A stretch of 64,000 nucleotides of DNA from Eledone cirrhosa (lineage: Eukaryota): assembly GCA_964016885.1 (NCBI GenBank), contig OZ024740.1, positions 118,916,001-118,980,000 on the forward strand, in the 5' to 3' direction. Each line of letters opens with the position of its first letter. Within the stretch, counting starts at the first letter, position 1. The translations under genes were made by a program, and so were the position numbers. The notes beneath the pieces are model-generated. The model was not told the origin of the DNA. It made no database searches and saw only the letters and a list, made by a program, of their open reading frames with translations. This document shows, one piece after another, positions 60,900-64,000 of this stretch.

Positions 60900-62300
60900 T
60901 TTGTTAATTCATCTGCTTTTCCACTTCTTCCTGTATGGAAGTATTTTCTGAGAGGTGGTTATCTATTTTTAGCTGTGAGTTCTCAATATCTCTAACCCAA
61001 CTCCTTTTTCTTGGTTTGATCAGTAAATAAAAAAAACATTTTTCCAAGGCAATTCCTTTGCTGAATCTATGGATAATGTAATTCTCCACCATTCTGCATC
61101 AAATATTGTGTAATCCTGATGTATTCTGAATTTCACATCTCTATAATTATCTTTGAAAGACCAAGTAGCTCCACAACCCACTCCCTTGTCTGAATGTGCC
61201 CCATTTGTGTAGCAGACAAAAATGGGTTGACTGTGTGATAATGTTATGGGGGTTCTTTTGCTTCTTCTTTTGTGTTTTTAATCATTATTTTAAACAATTG
61301 TAATTGTTCTGCCCATGGAGAAAGCCAAATATCATGCTGTTTTCTTTTGCATTTAAACTGAGCAGTTAGCATTTTGCATTTCCCGGACTCTTCTATCAAC
61401 AAGTCAGTTGGAGTTAACCCTGCCTCATGAAAAAATGGTGTCTTGGGAGTAAGATATTAGACATTCCAATATAGTTTTGCCATTTTGGGTATGTAATCTA
61501 TCAATAGCTTGAAGATAGCTCGTTCCTTGTTGTCTCCAAACCCAGCTGCCATACATCAATTGAGCATTGATGACTCCCTTATTACACAGTCTCAAGTGGT
61601 TGTATATTAGGCAGTGAAATTTCTTTGAAATTACTTTAATTGTATGCCATGTTGAGTCATCTTTTTTCAATGTAATTTTTGAGATGAGTTTTCCCATTTC
61701 AAATCAGATTGTAACCAAATGCCTAGTAACTTGATGGATTTTTGTGGTATCAGTAGTTGGTTAATCAAGTATATTTTATTGCATTGATATATATATATAC
61801 TTTTATTTAAATTTCTGAATTCATTCTGTAAAGATGGTACTGTTCCTAAGAAATAACTTGCTATTATTAAGAAATTATCGAATAATAATTTTATGAAATA
61901 ATACACTGAATTTGAAGAATAAATATTAGATGGTCTGTGTTTCAATCAATTTTCATTATAATATATATTTTTGAAACATTCAGAAATCTATACCAGTTAT
62001 AAGATATTAAACTCATTGCACACTCCAGCAACATATTACTGATACTAGAAGCCAAGGTAACATTCTTGGCACCATTACTTGACTTGTTATAGATAACTGC
62101 CAAATCTTTTTCAAATTCACTCTATCTTAAAAGAAAGAACATATTGAATAATATAGTTCTAAGCAATCACTGTCTGATATTCATTATCAGGATAATTTTC
62201 ATCATATGTGATCAGAAGATTGATTTAGGTTTATGCAAAAAACAAAAGCACTAAACAATAATTATTAAAGCTAAACTGGTTTTCCATAAACAACTAACTA
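60900..62300 (-). mobile_element. Old LINE relic with RT-thumb and RNase H-like motifs
   Basis: KLLGIWLQSDLKW, LMYGSWVW and, near 61165-61220, CYTNGAHSDKGVGCGA (like YTDGS...GVG of I-group LINE RNase H); many stops. Confidence 0.5.
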
Positions 62301-63124
62301 TGCTTTGTATTTTTTCCTAAGTAGATATATGACTTCCTATTTGTTGTTTATGGCTTCGTTTTAGTTGTTCTTTTCTTCACATTCTAACTGATTTTGTCTT
62401 TTTATTATTTCATTATCTGCTTTCTAATTCAATTTAGGTGCCGACTTATTTTAGACAGAATGTATTTTCTATTTTAGCCATTTGAATGGCTAAACATCGA
62501 GTTTGGCAGATATTCATTTATCAAGTTGGATATCTTAGGTGAAATTTGATTGAAGAAAAAGAAAATAAAAAGAAAAAGAAAATAAAAAGAAAAAGAATTA
62601 AAAACACTATAATAAAAAGAAGAAAACCCAGAAATAAATGTAGAAATAAAGGAAAAAGAAAATATTAATGAGTAAGCAGATAAAAGCTACCTCAAATTCT
62701 TGCCAAACAATTTCTGTAATTCCTCTGCCACCAAGTCAAAGCAAATAACTCTATTCGCAATATTATTTTTGTTTTTGTTTGTTTTTATTTATTCATGTTT
62801 TAATTATTTATTTATTTATTTTCTCTTTTTGTCTCCACACCAATTCCACATTGCTGTCTTTTAAAAAAGTCTACCAATTGAAGCTAAAGAGTTTTACAGT
62901 AAATGCAAAACCACTTATTCTAATAAAACAATAAATGTTTTCTGTTTATATTTTGCATCTTTTATTAGGGAGGAAGATATTCCAAAAACTCACACTGTCA
63001 TGCAAATACACATTGTCTGGAAATTAAAGAAAGGAATTTAAAAATTTTTTCCAAGATGGATAATAAAATTTGAAATTTTATTTTATCTTTAATAGCTAAG
63101 CTGAAAGAAATAATAAAAAATTAC

Positions 63125-63365
63125 AATAATCATGGAGGATGACCGGAGGAAGTGCCAAAAAATCCCAGTAGAAGGAAGACGCAGAAGAGGTAGGCCATGT
63201 AAAACATGGGCAGAGGTGGTGAGAGCAGACCTCAGACCGCTGAAACTCACTGAGGAGATGACAAAGGACCGTGACAAGATGCTGTGCTGAATAGGACCCG
63301 TCCAACCCTTGCAAGCAGGGAAAAGTGAACGTAAAATGATGATGATGATGAAAATGATGATGATA
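63125..63365 (+). mobile_element. RTE LINE 3' end with short 3' UTR and (GAT)n tail
   Basis: VEGRRRRGRPCKTWAEVVRADL..LKLTEEMTKDRD then CCGTCCAACCCTTGCAAGCAGGGAAAA..ACGTAAAATGATGATG. Confidence 0.75.
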
Positions 63366-64000
63366 ATAGTTATTAATCACATGATTAAATTATTGATGAT
63401 AAGCTTTATATTCATAATGGTTTGAAACAGCAGCAAATGTCACACACCCCAGTAATAAAAAGGTACTTATTGTCCCTGGAAACATGATAAGCAATTTTGA
63501 CTTGGCAAATGTTAAACGTAGAATGCAAATAGATATAGTTAAATAGCACAAGACAGTTTGCTAGTGACCAGTAATTCTTCCACCTGCACTTGTTTCCAAA
63601 CATCATAAATAGTATTTCATCTATTTTACATGAAACTGAAAATATTATAAGTATTTTCTCTTTGAAGTATGAAATCTTGATGGAAAATCCTTTTATTTTC
63701 AAATACTCAAAATCAATAGTTTCTCTCAATAAGTTGACATATTGGTGTCGAGGTCTCATATACCTCATGAGATAATGAGTCTGTACATAAAAAGTTTCTC
63801 TCAGACACAGGCTTGAGCAATCGTTTTTATGGGAAATCAACAATTATGTTTACATGCTAGTTTCCCTTTTTCATGTCACTAATGTTCTTCAAGGGGAATC
63901 ACAACAACTGCAACTTGGCGTGAGTGGCATGGTAAAAGTTACCATCAAAATACAAAGAGCTGAAATAAATATGGTAATCTATGCACTAACAATTCTACCA

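Overview
AT-rich, microsatellite-dense eukaryotic DNA with no recognisable host gene; the repeat content resembles a cephalopod (Octopus-like) genome, which is an inference. The dominant feature is an 18.5 kb head-to-tail array (33051-51526, minus strand) of three full-length, young L1/Tx1-clade non-LTR retrotransposons (CCHC-knuckle ORF1 + APE-RT-zinc finger ORF2) plus two identical 163-bp 3' fragments; every junction falls in an (AAT)n/(ATT)n microsatellite, indicating a microsatellite-targeting family. The flanks hold many RTE-clade LINE relics (one with a PHD finger inside the RT region), tRNA-like SINEs whose target duplications start with ATTAT, a hAT MITE, a fold-back element, and Penelope-like remnants: a GIY-YIG fragment and four type I hammerhead ribozyme motifs with intact cores plus three decayed ones, several lying in pseudo-LTR-like direct repeats. 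All alignments and folds were done by eye; boundaries of degenerate relics are approximate.
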